The notes under the pieces: model-generated
The model's database searches: none
What the model was told of the DNA's origin: nothing
What the model saw: the letters and a program-made list of their open reading frames with translations, nothing else
Made by a program: the position numbers and the translations under genes
Shown: positions 36,513 to 46,317 of the stretch, piece by piece
How the letters are laid out: each line of letters opens with the position of its first letter
Position numbering within the stretch: position 1 is the first letter of the stretch
Origin: Mogibacterium sp.
GTDB taxonomy: Bacteria; Bacillota; Clostridia; Peptostreptococcales; Anaerovoracaceae
Length of the DNA stretch: 64,000 bases
NCBI GenBank assembly: GCA_017505405.1
Contig: JAFVPI010000060.1
Coordinates: 9,573-73,572, forward strand
Direction: 5' to 3'

Positions 36513-38000
36513 TTATGCTTCGTGGAAGGCCATTGCCGCCTTTACTGCCCTGTGCCATCCATCGAGCTTTTCTCTTCTCTCCTTTTCCCCGAGGGAAGGT
36601 TTGAATGTCTTTGCTATCTTCTTGCTTGCAACTATGTCCGCAAGGCTGTCGTAATACCCTACTGCAAGTCCTGCAAGATATGCCGCACCGAGAGATGTCG
36701 ATTCGATAGAAGCGTATCTTACGATATCCACATCCGAAATGTCCGCCTGGAACTGCATCAGAAGGTTGTTCATGGCAGCGCCTCCGTCGACCTTCAGCGC
36801 AGTGATCTCCTTGCCTGTATCGGCTTTCATAGCCGCCAGGAGATCCTCATTCTGATAGACCAGTGACTGAAGAGTTGCTCTTACAATGTGCTCCCTGGTG
36901 GTGCCTCTTGTAATACCGAACATGGCGCCTCTTGCCTCAGGATCCCAGTAAGGAGCACCCAGCCCGACGAATGCCGGTACAACAAACACTCCGCCTGCGT
37001 CCGGCACCTGCTTCGCGATATCCTCGGACTCCGAAGCATCGCGGAAGAATCTCAGCTGATCTCTCAGCCACTGAACGGCTGCGCCGCATACGAACACAGA
37101 TCCCTCCAGCGCATAAGTGACCTTGCCGTCAAGCCCCCATGCGATAGTAGTAAGCAGGCCATTATCTGAATATACCGGCTTGTCTCCCGTGTTGAGGAGC
37201 AGGAAGTTTCCCGTTCCGTATGTGCTCTTTACGTCTCCCTCATTGTAGCATGCTTCGCCAAAGAGAGCAGCCTGCTGGTCTCCTGCGGAGCCCGTGATAG
37301 GGATCGGACCTCCGAATATCTCGTCTATCGTGTCTCCGAAGTGGGCCGAGCATTCCACAGGCTCAGGCAGCATGCACATCGGAATGTTCAGAAGACCGCA
37401 GAGCTCTTCGTCCCACTTCAGGGTGTTGATGTCAAAGAGCATGGTCCTGCACGCATTTGAATAGTCAGATACATGCACCTGCCCGCCGGTCAGCTTCCAG
37501 ATGAGCCAGCATTCTATGGTGCCGAAGAGAAGTTCTCCCTTCTCTGCCCTGGCTCTGACGCCCGGGACATTCTCGAGTATCCACGCCAGCTTTGTGCCGC
37601 TGAAGTAAGGGTCTGCGAGCAGTCCTGTCTTCTGCTTTATCATCTCTTCGTGAGGTTTCAGTTTAGCCGCATAGTCAGCCGTTCTGCGGCACTGCCACAC
37701 GATGGCATTATATACAGGGATCCCGGTCTTCCTGTCCCATACCACAGTGGTCTCTCTCTGGTTGGTGATGCCGATGGCCGCAATGTTCTTGTATGTAAGG
37801 CCTGCCTTAAGAAGAGCCTCCTGCGCTGTACCCATCTGGGATGCCCATATCTCCATTGCATCGTGTTCCACCCAGCCCTCGCGCGGGAATATCTGAGTGA
37901 ACTCTCTCTGTACAACAGATTTGATATTGCCCGCCTTGTCATAGATGATGGTCCTGGAACTGGTCGTACCCTGATCAAGCGCCATTATGTATTTTTCCAT
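36513..38000 (-). CDS. glpK: Glycerol kinase
   Basis: [17 protein letters not shown]-terminus; full-length GlpK. ATG at 38000 preceded by AAGGA. Confidence 0.92.
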   Translation of the reverse strand: MEKYIMALDQGTTSSRTIIYDKAGNIKSVVQREFTQIFPREGWVEHDAMEIWASQMGTAQEALLKAGLTYKNIAAIGITNQRETTVVWDRKTGIPVYNAIVWQCRRTADYAAKLKPHEEMIKQKTGLLADPYFSGTKLAWILENVPGVRARAEKGELLFGTIECWLIWKLTGGQVHVSDYSNACRTMLFDINTLKWDEELCGLLNIPMCMLPEPVECSAHFGDTIDEIFGGPIPITGSAGDQQAALFGEACYNEGDVKSTYGTGNFLLLNTGDKPVYSDNGLLTTIAWGLDGKVTYALEGSVFVCGAAVQWLRDQLRFFRDASESEDIAKQVPDAGGVFVVPAFVGLGAPYWDPEARGAMFGITRGTTREHIVRATLQSLVYQNEDLLAAMKADTGKEITALKVDGGAAMNNLLMQFQADISDVDIVRYASIESTSLGAAYLAGLAVGYYDSLADIVASKKIAKTFKPSLGEKERREKLDGWHRAVKAAMAFHEA

Positions 38001-38013
38001 GCTGCTATCCTTT

Positions 38014-39264
38014 CTAAACAAATAGAGACATTATTGAATTGCTTATATCTATGCCCTGCTCCGTAAGCTTAAGCCCTTCATCACTGATGATCAGAAGACC
38101 CCTTCCGGCATATCCAAGGGCTTCCTCCCTTGCTTCAGCAAAGATGTCCCAGAAGACATCCCTGAAATCATCTCCAGGCAGGATTTCCGGTCTCTCTGCA
38201 TCGACTGCGTCCATATACGCGCGGACGGCATCTTCGTAGCGTATGCCCTCGCGTCTCCTGAGTCCTGTAAACACGGCTTCGCTTATGTTATCGAAAGCTG
38301 TGTTTCTGTGTTCTTCTGCAACAGGCAGTCTGCCTTCTTCGAGCACAGCAAGATATTCCTCAAGGTCTGAAGTGTTCTTGTACCTGACACCATTTATGAA
38401 GCCGCTCGCTCCAAGACCAAGGCCGATGTACTCGTCCATGTTCCAGTACAGGCTGTTATGGCGAGATCTGTACGGGCTCGTCGCAGCGGGATCATCACCC
38501 TTTTTCGCGAAGTTACTGATCTCATAATGCTCATAGCCGGCATCCCTGAGCCTGCGGCATATCCTGTGATAAGTCTCCCTGTCCTCTTCATCAGGGACCT
38601 CGGTCAGTTCGCCTGATTCAGCCATCTCGCCAAACGGAGTGCCCTCCTCTATCTGGAGGCTGTAGCATGAAATATGCTCGGGAGCTAACGCGAGTATCCT
38701 TTCAAGATCACGCATTGCATCTTCTGTGCTTTCCCCCGGCACCGAAAACATCAGGTCAAGATTCACGTTGCTGAATCCTTTTCTGCGGATGATCTCCATG
38801 TCGCGGGCAACGTTTTCTGCAGTATGGATGCGTCCAAGATAATGCAGTCTGTCGTTGTCCATGGACTGTACTCCCATGGAAAGGCGGTTGACTCCCATAA
38901 ACTTATATGCCTGGAGCTTAGCCAGCATCACGCCGTCCTTGCGCCCAAGTGTAGCGGGATTCGCCTCGAGAGTGAATTCCGCATCAGGTTTTATCTCAAA
39001 AGAGCGCTTCAGGGTCTTTATCATCTCTGACATCGCCGCAATGTCCATTACCGAAGGGGTCCCTCCCCCTATGTAGATGGTGTCTGCGGGCTTATCCGTT
39101 CCGCGTTCCCTTTCAAGGGCAGACCTGAGCTTTATCTCCTTTTCGAGAGCATCCATGTATTCTTTTCTGGGTGATCCTTCCGCGCTGAACGAAAGGAACG
39201 CACAGTATCTGCACTTCTGTACGCAGAAAGGCATGTGGATGTATATGCCTCTTTTTTTATCCAT
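38014..39264 (-). CDS. hemW: Radical SAM heme chaperone HemW (HemN-like)
   Basis: CxxxCxxC motif [12 protein letters not shown]. Start is either 39264 or 39279. Confidence 0.85.
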   Translation of the reverse strand: MDKKRGIYIHMPFCVQKCRYCAFLSFSAEGSPRKEYMDALEKEIKLRSALERERGTDKPADTIYIGGGTPSVMDIAAMSEMIKTLKRSFEIKPDAEFTLEANPATLGRKDGVMLAKLQAYKFMGVNRLSMGVQSMDNDRLHYLGRIHTAENVARDMEIIRRKGFSNVNLDLMFSVPGESTEDAMRDLERILALAPEHISCYSLQIEEGTPFGEMAESGELTEVPDEEDRETYHRICRRLRDAGYEHYEISNFAKKGDDPAATSPYRSRHNSLYWNMDEYIGLGLGASGFINGVRYKNTSDLEEYLAVLEEGRLPVAEEHRNTAFDNISEAVFTGLRRREGIRYEDAVRAYMDAVDAERPEILPGDDFRDVFWDIFAEAREEALGYAGRGLLIISDEGLKLTEQGIDISNSIMSLFV

Positions 39265-39265
39265 G

Positions 39266-41074
39266 CTATCTGCCGTCATCGAGTTTAAGGACCTCAGTGA
39301 ACGCCTCCTGAGGCACTGTCACGGAACCGAACTGCCTCATTCTCTTCTTTCCTGCTTTCTGTTTCTCGAGGAGCTTCTTCTTTCTTGTGATGTCTCCGCC
39401 GTAGCACTTTGCCAGCACGTCCTTGCGGTAAGCCCTGACTGTTTCACGGGCGATTATCTTCTGACCTATCGCAGCCTGGATCGGGACTTCGAACTGATGG
39501 CGCGGGATTATCTCCTTCAGCTTCTCGCATATGCCCCTTCCCTTTGCCATAGCCTCCTCTTCAGGCACAATGGTCGAAAGAGCATCTATAGGCTCGCGGT
39601 TGAGAAGGATATCCAGTTTGACGAGCTTCGCCGGCTGATATCTCAGGAATTCATAATCCAGAGAAGCATATCCTCTTGTGCGCGATTTGAGCGCATCGAA
39701 GAAGTCGTAGATGACCTCGTTGAGCGGCATCTCGTAATGGAGCTGCACCCTTGTCTTTGTAAGGTACTCCATGTGTATCATGTTGCCGCGGCGGTTCTGG
39801 CAAAGCGTCATGATGCTTCCCACATACTCGTTCGGCGTCATGATGTCCGCCTTTACGATCGGCTCCTCTATGTGGGCGATCAGAGCAGCCGGCGGCAGGT
39901 TCGACGGGTTCTGTATGTCGAGGACCTCCCCGTCTTTCATGACTACCTTATAAACTACCGAAGGCAGCGTAGTGATGACATCGAGGTCGAATTCCCTTGC
40001 AAGCCTTTCCGTTATTACATCCATGTGGAGCAGTCCAAGAAATCCGCACCTGTATCCGTAACCGAGAGCTGCGGAATTCTCAGGTTCAAAATTGAACGCC
40101 GCGTCGTTTACCTGCAGTTTTTCGAGAGCGTCTTTTACGTTCTCATACTTCTCGCCCTCAGCAGGGAATATCCCGCAGTAGACCATAGACTGAGCCTTTT
40201 TGTAGCCCTTGAGCGGCGCATCCGCAGGAGCGTTTGCAAGCGTTATAGTATCACCGACACGTGCGTCGGCTACCTGCTTGATGCTTCCGCAGATGTAACC
40301 TACCTCGCCGGCCTTCAGCTCATCGGCAGGAACAGTGCCCGGGATGCAGTAGCCTACCTCCGTGACCTCGTAGTTCTTGCCGGTGTTCATCATGCGTATG
40401 GTGTCGCCCCTTTTGACCCTGCCGTCAAAGATTCGCGTATATATAATGACGCCTTTATAGCTGTCATAATATGAATCAAAAATGAGCGCCTTGAGTCTGC
40501 CGTCCGGGTCACCCTGCGGAGGCGGGATCACCTCTATAAGCTTCTCGAGCATCTCATCGATGCCCATGCCCGTCTTTGCTGAGATCTCCGGTGCTTCAGA
40601 AGCATCCAGTCCTATGATGTCTTCGATCTCCGCTCTTGCATCGTCAGGCCTCGCCGAATCGAGATCCATCTTGTTGAGCACAGGCAGTATCTCCAGATCC
40701 TCATCAAGAGCGAGATAAACATTTCCGAGCGTCTGAGCCTCCACGCCCTGAGTCGCATCCACTACAAGCACGGCTCCGTCGCATGCCGCCAGAGAGCGCG
40801 ATACTTCATAGTTGAAGTCCACATGTCCCGGAGTGTCTATCAGGTTGAGTATGTACTCCTGCCCGTCCTTTGCCTTATATTGCAGACGTGTCGTCTGGAG
40901 CTTGATGGTGATGCCGCGCTCACGCTCAATATCCATGTTGTCGAGGTACTGCTCCTTCATGTCGCGCGCCTCGACCAGCCCTGTCTTCTCGATCAGGCGG
41001 TCAGCCAGAGTGGATTTGCCGTGGTCGATATGGGCGATTATGCTGAAATTTCTAATATTGTCCAGATAACTCAT
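39266..41074 (-). CDS. lepA: Translation elongation factor 4 (LepA)
   Basis: N-terminus [20 protein letters not shown]; 602 aa. Confidence 0.95.
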   Translation of the reverse strand: MSYLDNIRNFSIIAHIDHGKSTLADRLIEKTGLVEARDMKEQYLDNMDIERERGITIKLQTTRLQYKAKDGQEYILNLIDTPGHVDFNYEVSRSLAACDGAVLVVDATQGVEAQTLGNVYLALDEDLEILPVLNKMDLDSARPDDARAEIEDIIGLDASEAPEISAKTGMGIDEMLEKLIEVIPPPQGDPDGRLKALIFDSYYDSYKGVIIYTRIFDGRVKRGDTIRMMNTGKNYEVTEVGYCIPGTVPADELKAGEVGYICGSIKQVADARVGDTITLANAPADAPLKGYKKAQSMVYCGIFPAEGEKYENVKDALEKLQVNDAAFNFEPENSAALGYGYRCGFLGLLHMDVITERLAREFDLDVITTLPSVVYKVVMKDGEVLDIQNPSNLPPAALIAHIEEPIVKADIMTPNEYVGSIMTLCQNRRGNMIHMEYLTKTRVQLHYEMPLNEVIYDFFDALKSRTRGYASLDYEFLRYQPAKLVKLDILLNREPIDALSTIVPEEEAMAKGRGICEKLKEIIPRHQFEVPIQAAIGQKIIARETVRAYRKDVLAKCYGGDITRKKKLLEKQKAGKKRMRQFGSVTVPQEAFTEVLKLDDGR

Positions 41075-41160
41075 ATTTCTCTTATTCCTTTTAGAACATT
41101 ATCCATTTAATTATAAAGAAAAACGAGCCCTTTGACGAGGGTTTCCCCCGATTTGGGCGT

Positions 41161-41189
41161 AAAAAAACAGCCGGGAGACACTCCGGCTG
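41161..41189 (-). terminator. Rho-independent terminator after rpsT
   Basis: Minus strand reads CAGCCGGAG-UGU-CUCCCGGCUG followed by UUUUUUU. Confidence 0.7.
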
Positions 41190-41231
41190 AAGGCGCATTT
41201 AACTTATACGCTGTGTGGGGACGGGTGAGAA

Positions 41232-41501
41232 TTACTTTGCGCTGAGCGCGTTGAGCTTCTTCTCGAATCTGGAAATCTTACGAGCTACTGCGTTCTTGTG
41301 GAACGTTCCCTTTGCAGCTGCCTGCATCAGCTTCTTTTCAGCGTGCTGGAATGCTGCCTTTGCTGCTTCTGCATCACCGGATTCAACCGCTGCGAGGAAT
41401 GCCTTCTCAGCTTCCTTGATGTGGTTCTTTACTCTGATGTTGCGTGCTGTCTTCTTGTCGATAACCTTGATTCTTTTCTTTGCGGATTTAATGTTTGCCA
41501 T
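41232..41501 (-). CDS. rpsT: 30S ribosomal protein S20
   Basis: N-terminus MANIKSAKKRIKV; 89 aa. Confidence 0.9.
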   Translation of the reverse strand: MANIKSAKKRIKVIDKKTARNIRVKNHIKEAEKAFLAAVESGDAEAAKAAFQHAEKKLMQAAAKGTFHKNAVARKISRFEKKLNALSAK

Positions 41502-41627
41502 TATTTATACCCCACTTTCATTTTTAATGCATTAATTCGCAACGCGTATTATATGACATAGGCAAATAGAATACAAGCAAAAAATACTGATATTTCAGGA
41601 AAAATATAAGTCTGTCAAACGGCGGTA

Positions 41628-41882
41628 TCAAAACCCCGGCGGCTTCGATATCGTGTTGAACATTGCAAGGCTGAATATCAGCTGTCTGACGTCGTCACCG
41701 GAGGATAATCTGACCTGTCCGAAGCCTGTTTTGCTTATTTTTCTTTCGAGTTCTCCTTCAAGGATCTCATCGTATGACAGTCTCGGAACAGTGTCCTTAA
41801 GGAGCCTGATCAGCTCAGCATTCCCCGGGTCCACGTCTATCGATATCTTTTGCCCGTCATGTGTTTCAAGCTTAAGCATCAT
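41628..41882 (-). CDS. Hypothetical small protein
   Basis: 84-aa ORF with normal composition and no recognisable motif. Confidence 0.35.
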   Translation of the reverse strand: MMLKLETHDGQKISIDVDPGNAELIRLLKDTVPRLSYDEILEGELERKISKTGFGQVRLSSGDDVRQLIFSLAMFNTISKPPGF

Positions 41883-41914
41883 GAATCCCCTTTTATAACT
41901 ATGTTGCTCCTGTT

Positions 41915-42673
41915 TTACAGATCCATTGTTACGGATACCGGGCAGTGATCGCTTCCGTATATATCCGTGAGTATTTCCGCTTCCTCAAGTTTATCCGCAA
42001 GGCGGTCTGAGATGATGAAGTAATCTATGCGCCACCCCGCGTTCCTTTCCCTGGCCTTCATGCGGTACGACCACCAGGAATACGTCACTGTATCAGGATA
42101 GAGATAGCGGAATGTGTCGGTGAAGCCTGCGCCCAGGAGCTCTGACATCTTGCCGCGCTCTTCATCCGAGAATCCGGCGTTGCCCCTGTTTGGCCCCGGG
42201 TTCTTCAGGTCTATCTCGTTATGAGCCACATTGAGATCTCCGCAGTATATGACCGGTTTCACCCTGTCAAGCTCGCTCATGTATGCCCTCATCGCATCCT
42301 CGAATTCACATCTGTAATCTATGCGCTTAAGTCCGTCCTGAGCATTGGGCACATAGCAGCATATGAGATAGAATCCCGGATATTCCAGAGTGATGACTCT
42401 TCCCTCGTCATCGTGCTCACCTTTTATCCCGTAAGCAACAGAAAGAGGCTCTCCCACTGATTCCTTTACGAATACGGCAGTACCCGAATAACCTTTCTTA
42501 ACTGCGCAGTTATAGTATTCATAATAACCTTCCGGATGGAAGTCCGCCTGACCTGCCTGCATCTTTGTCTCCTGCAGGCAGAAGAAGTCAGCGTCAAGGT
42601 CATTGAAAATCTCTTCGAATCCTTTTTTAAGAACGGCTCTGAAGCCGTTGACATTCCAGCTGATGAATTTCAT
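41915..42673 (-). CDS. xth: Exodeoxyribonuclease III
   Basis: N-terminus MKFISWNVNG, motif CLQETK, C-terminal SDHCPV. Confidence 0.88.
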   Translation of the reverse strand: MKFISWNVNGFRAVLKKGFEEIFNDLDADFFCLQETKMQAGQADFHPEGYYEYYNCAVKKGYSGTAVFVKESVGEPLSVAYGIKGEHDDEGRVITLEYPGFYLICCYVPNAQDGLKRIDYRCEFEDAMRAYMSELDRVKPVIYCGDLNVAHNEIDLKNPGPNRGNAGFSDEERGKMSELLGAGFTDTFRYLYPDTVTYSWWSYRMKARERNAGWRIDYFIISDRLADKLEEAEILTDIYGSDHCPVSVTMDL

Positions 42674-42689
42674 TTTTTCTCCGATCTTC

Positions 42690-43799
42690 CTAATCTATCG
42701 TGAATGGTACTGCGATCCAGTCCCTGTACTTTCCCCTGCCGTATATTACGGCGTATCCGGTTCCGGACTCAGTGTTTTTTACGAATGACAGTATATAGTC
42801 TCTGCCCTTACGGAGCCTTTTGTCTCCTGAGCTCACTGTGATCTCAGGTTCTGCCCTGTGGTATCTCAGCTTATAGCTTTCTGCATCGAATTCCACCCTG
42901 CATTCTCCTATCGACGTCTGCTCCTTCTTGCCTTTTGCTGAAGTGCTGTAGACTCTTCCCGGCTCGATATACCAGATATCATGGTCAACATTGCCTTCGA
43001 TGCCTCCGACGGCTGCATCCTCTGCGCACTGCCAGTAAAGATAGTTGCCCTTCACATCGCAGCTGCCTCCATACTGTGCTGCCCAGATCGACACCTCATC
43101 GTCAAGTATCGTCGAGTCCATGTAGTTGGTCAGCATGTCGAAGTTAGCGTAGACAGCGGATTCGTATCCGGCATCTTCCACCCTGCGGCAGAATGCCAGA
43201 ACGACATCATGGTACATGGATGCCACCGGCATTTCGTCTGCCTCAACTTTCTGCTTCAGCCTGCCCCCATCGTAAAGCTCATAATCGATCACGAGCGGCA
43301 TTTCTATGTCATAACGCTTCACCAGCTTCAGAAGGTATTCCGCTTCCTCTACGGCTTCAGCCTCGTTCAGAGCCTGCGAAAAGAAGTACGCTCCGCACAT
43401 GATGCCGGCCTTGTCCGCTTTCTTCATGTTGGTCCTGAAGTCCGCATCCTCCTTGAGCTCCCCATCCTCAGAGCTTCTGTATCCGGCACGGATGAACGCG
43501 AAATCAGCCCCGCTCGACTTAACTTTCTTCCACTTTATCTCATTCTGATGCTCAGAAACATCGATGCCGTGCACAACTATGCAATTCTTATAACGGTCTG
43601 CGTGGCGCAGCCCCTCATCGCTCAGCTTCGTGCGTGAAATACCGCCTATATACAGTACCAGCTTCAGTATGCCCACCAGTACCAGCAGCGCAAGAACCAC
43701 TGCTGTTATCAGACGGATTGTCATCATGTATGAGCGCTTCTTTTTTGTCTGTTTTGCGTCTTTTTTTACGATCTCTTGTTTTGCTTCTTTATCTGCCAA
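42690..43799 (-). CDS. Membrane-anchored GH25 muramidase with a C-terminal beta-rich domain
   Basis: N-terminal TM helix and GIDVSEHQNEIKWKKVKSSGADFAFIRAGYR (GH25 start). Confidence 0.75.
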   Translation of the reverse strand: MADKEAKQEIVKKDAKQTKKKRSYMMTIRLITAVVLALLVLVGILKLVLYIGGISRTKLSDEGLRHADRYKNCIVVHGIDVSEHQNEIKWKKVKSSGADFAFIRAGYRSSEDGELKEDADFRTNMKKADKAGIMCGAYFFSQALNEAEAVEEAEYLLKLVKRYDIEMPLVIDYELYDGGRLKQKVEADEMPVASMYHDVVLAFCRRVEDAGYESAVYANFDMLTNYMDSTILDDEVSIWAAQYGGSCDVKGNYLYWQCAEDAAVGGIEGNVDHDIWYIEPGRVYSTSAKGKKEQTSIGECRVEFDAESYKLRYHRAEPEITVSSGDKRLRKGRDYILSFVKNTESGTGYAVIYGRGKYRDWIAVPFTID

Positions 43800-43810
43800 T
43801 TGGCTTACCC

Positions 43811-44857
43811 CTAAAACTCATCCACATGCATGTACGGCATCAGCTCACGTTCGAGTTCGACCCTGTGATGCTTTGTATATATGCCCGGAAGTCCTCCTGT
43901 ATGCATGAATATTACGTTGGACCCCTTTTCTATGCTTCCTTTTTTTGCTCCGTCTACGACAGCCTCGAAAGTCTTGCCTGTATAGCACGGATCGATGATT
44001 ATCGCCTCCCTGCGGGCAAGATAGTACATGACCTCGCGCACCTCATCCACCGCGTTATTATATGCTCCGTGGATGTAATGCGTAACGATATTGAAGTCGT
44101 CAGGCGTTATGCCCCAGTTTTCGCTGTATCCGGCAAAAGCTTCGCATGCCTTCTTATAGTAGTCACAAAGAGCTTCACGGAGGGCAGCTTCATTTGCCGC
44201 CTCATCCGCAGCATTCTCAGCGTACGGAAGAACATTGATCCCCACGAGCTTCAGATCGGAACCGCACTCTTTCAGACCGATAAGCATGCCGAGGTATGTG
44301 CCCATGCTTCCGACAGTAACATAAACAGACGCATCGTCTATTCCAAGCTCTCTGGCCTGTTTGTCGAGCTCAAATGCGCACTCTACATAGCCGAGCATTC
44401 CTATCTCATTGGAGCCGCCCATCGGAACGTAGTACACCTTTTCACCTTCAGCTGTGTATTTGTCTATGACAGCCTGTCTGTCGGTCTCCATATCCTTTAC
44501 GAAGAAGACCGGACAGCCCATCATTCCGTCCAGAAGCAGATTCGCGCTGATTTCGCCCGGATACTCGTCTGCAGTGACTATCGCGCATTTAAGGCCGAAT
44601 TTTGCGGCCACAGCAGCAGTCAGCCTGCCGTGGTTGGTCTGGGCTCCGCCTTCAGTAATAAGCATGGTGGCGCCTTTATCCTGAGCATCTTTCAGAAAGT
44701 ACTCAAGCTTGCGCAGCTTGTTGCCGCCTGTAGCAAGATTTGTAAGGTCATCTCTCTTGCAGTATACATTTACTCCGAGGTCCTCCGACACGTTTCTGAG
44801 GTGTTCGAGAGGAGTCGGCAGATGCAGTATCTCAACTTTTTCACGTCCGAACAGCAT
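43811..44857 (-). CDS. PLP-dependent D-cysteine desulfhydrase / ACC deaminase-family enzyme
   Basis: KRDDLTNLATGGNKLRKLEY motif; 348 aa. Confidence 0.8.
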   Translation of the reverse strand: MLFGREKVEILHLPTPLEHLRNVSEDLGVNVYCKRDDLTNLATGGNKLRKLEYFLKDAQDKGATMLITEGGAQTNHGRLTAAVAAKFGLKCAIVTADEYPGEISANLLLDGMMGCPVFFVKDMETDRQAVIDKYTAEGEKVYYVPMGGSNEIGMLGYVECAFELDKQARELGIDDASVYVTVGSMGTYLGMLIGLKECGSDLKLVGINVLPYAENAADEAANEAALREALCDYYKKACEAFAGYSENWGITPDDFNIVTHYIHGAYNNAVDEVREVMYYLARREAIIIDPCYTGKTFEAVVDGAKKGSIEKGSNVIFMHTGGLPGIYTKHHRVELERELMPYMHVDEF

Positions 44858-45033
44858 ATATACTCCTTTTCAATGAATCATCTCCGGTCCGACATCTCAT
44901 TGTAGCATAACGGAGCTCCGGCCGAAATAAATACATTCAGGTACAATGCATTGTGCTACAATAATAATGGTAATCAGAAGATGACCACCCCCTTTTGCTA
45001 TTAAAAAAGAATTCCAGATAAAGGAGAACGGCT

Positions 45034-46227
45034 ATGGTAAATGAAAAGTATTATGGCTACGGCACAGCGCCTAGCATCATCCGCGAACTCTTCGCCTACG
45101 GACTGGAGCAGGCAAAGAAACTCGGAAGAGACAAAGTCTACGACTATTCGCTGGGCAACCCGAGCATACCTGCTCCTAAAAAGGTAAACGATACTATCAA
45201 GAAACTTGTTGATACAGAAAGTTCCATCCTGCTGCACGGCTATTCAATGGCTCCGGGATTTGAAAGCACAAGAGAAGCCATCGCAGCAAACCTCAGAAAA
45301 AGATTCAATACAAACGCACAGGCAAGTGATCTTTTCATGACATGCGGCTGTGCTCCGGCACTTGTTTCAGTAGCATGTGCACTCACCACAAAAAGCGATG
45401 ACAATTTCGTCGTGATCGCTCCTTACTTCCCAGAATACAACGTATTCTTCAAAGCCGGCGGCGGCAAAGTCAGAAGAGTCGACCCTGACATCCCTGATTT
45501 CCAGATCAACCTTGAAGCTCTTGAAGCAACTATCAACCACGATACAGTGGCTGTAGTCATCAATTCCCCAAACAATCCTTCCGGAGTTGTCTACACAAAA
45601 GAAACTCTTGAGAAGATCGCTGCTGTTCTGAAAAGAAAGGCTTTGAAATACGATCATCCTATATATATCATCGCTGATGAGCCGTACAGAGAACTCGTTT
45701 ACGGAGACGCTGTCGTTACTTTCATACCTGAAGTATATGACAACACCATCGTCTGCTATTCATGGTCAAAGAGCCTCTCCCTTCCTGGTGAACGTGTAGG
45801 CTATGTATATGTCCCTGAAAAGTGCTTCAATCACAATGGAGTGCTCAGCGCGGTTGCAGGCGCAGCAAGAGAGATCGGTTCTGTCTGCCCTCCTACACTC
45901 ATGCAGAGAGTCGTTGAGGAATGCGTTGACTGCATGCCTGACCTCGTAGCATATGACGAGAACAGAAACGATCTGTACAATGGTCTGACCGGAATGGGCT
46001 ATGAATGCGCAAAGCCTGACGGAGCATTCTATCTGTTCATGAAAGCGCCTAACGGAGACGACATGGCATTCAGCGAAGCTGCAAAACTCGAAGAGAATAT
46101 CCTGATTGTCCCTGGCACAGGCTTCGGATGTCCGGGATATCTGAGACTTGCATACTGTGTATCCAATGAGACCATCAAGAATTCGATGCCTGGATTCAAG
46201 CGTCTGATTGAAAAATACGGCAAATAG
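45034..46227 (+). CDS. Class I/II PLP-dependent aminotransferase (paralog of 25743-26942)
   Basis: Motifs GNPSIPAP, NSPNNPSG and YSWSKSLSLPGERVGY. Confidence 0.85.
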   Translation: MVNEKYYGYGTAPSIIRELFAYGLEQAKKLGRDKVYDYSLGNPSIPAPKKVNDTIKKLVDTESSILLHGYSMAPGFESTREAIAANLRKRFNTNAQASDLFMTCGCAPALVSVACALTTKSDDNFVVIAPYFPEYNVFFKAGGGKVRRVDPDIPDFQINLEALEATINHDTVAVVINSPNNPSGVVYTKETLEKIAAVLKRKALKYDHPIYIIADEPYRELVYGDAVVTFIPEVYDNTIVCYSWSKSLSLPGERVGYVYVPEKCFNHNGVLSAVAGAAREIGSVCPPTLMQRVVEECVDCMPDLVAYDENRNDLYNGLTGMGYECAKPDGAFYLFMKAPNGDDMAFSEAAKLEENILIVPGTGFGCPGYLRLAYCVSNETIKNSMPGFKRLIEKYGK

Positions 46228-46264
46228 CCCGTTCTACCAATATAATATTATCGTAAAAGTCTAA

Positions 46265-46301
46265 AAAGCCTGTGCACGCAAATGCACAGGCTTTACTTTT
46301 T
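46265..46301. terminator. Bidirectional terminator (aminotransferase/lon)
   Basis: 12-bp stem AAAGCCUGUGCA / UGCACAGGCUUU. Confidence 0.75.
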
Positions 46302-46317
46302 AGGATCATTTCATTGA

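Noticed and set aside
39077-40474. 465-aa plus-strand ORF
   Set aside because: It is entirely antisense to the well-supported lepA gene. The translation is Leu/Ser/Arg-rich with no motifs, which is typical of shadow ORFs.
42690-43799. GH25 lysozyme (and the XerD-like recombinase at 59981-60859) as markers of a prophage or integrative element
   Set aside because: There are no phage structural, terminase, holin or repressor genes, no att-like direct repeats, and the flanking genes are housekeeping. The GH25 protein has an N-terminal membrane anchor typical of cellular autolysins.
43634-44905. 423-aa plus-strand ORF
   Set aside because: It is antisense to the GH25 gene end and the whole D-cysteine desulfhydrase-family gene. 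It has no motifs and is a shadow ORF.
44943-44954. Perfect 12-bp palindrome ACAATGCATTGT in a divergent promoter region
   Set aside because: By my rough estimate, about 15 perfect 12-bp palindromes are expected by chance in 64 kb, so it is not significant on its own.
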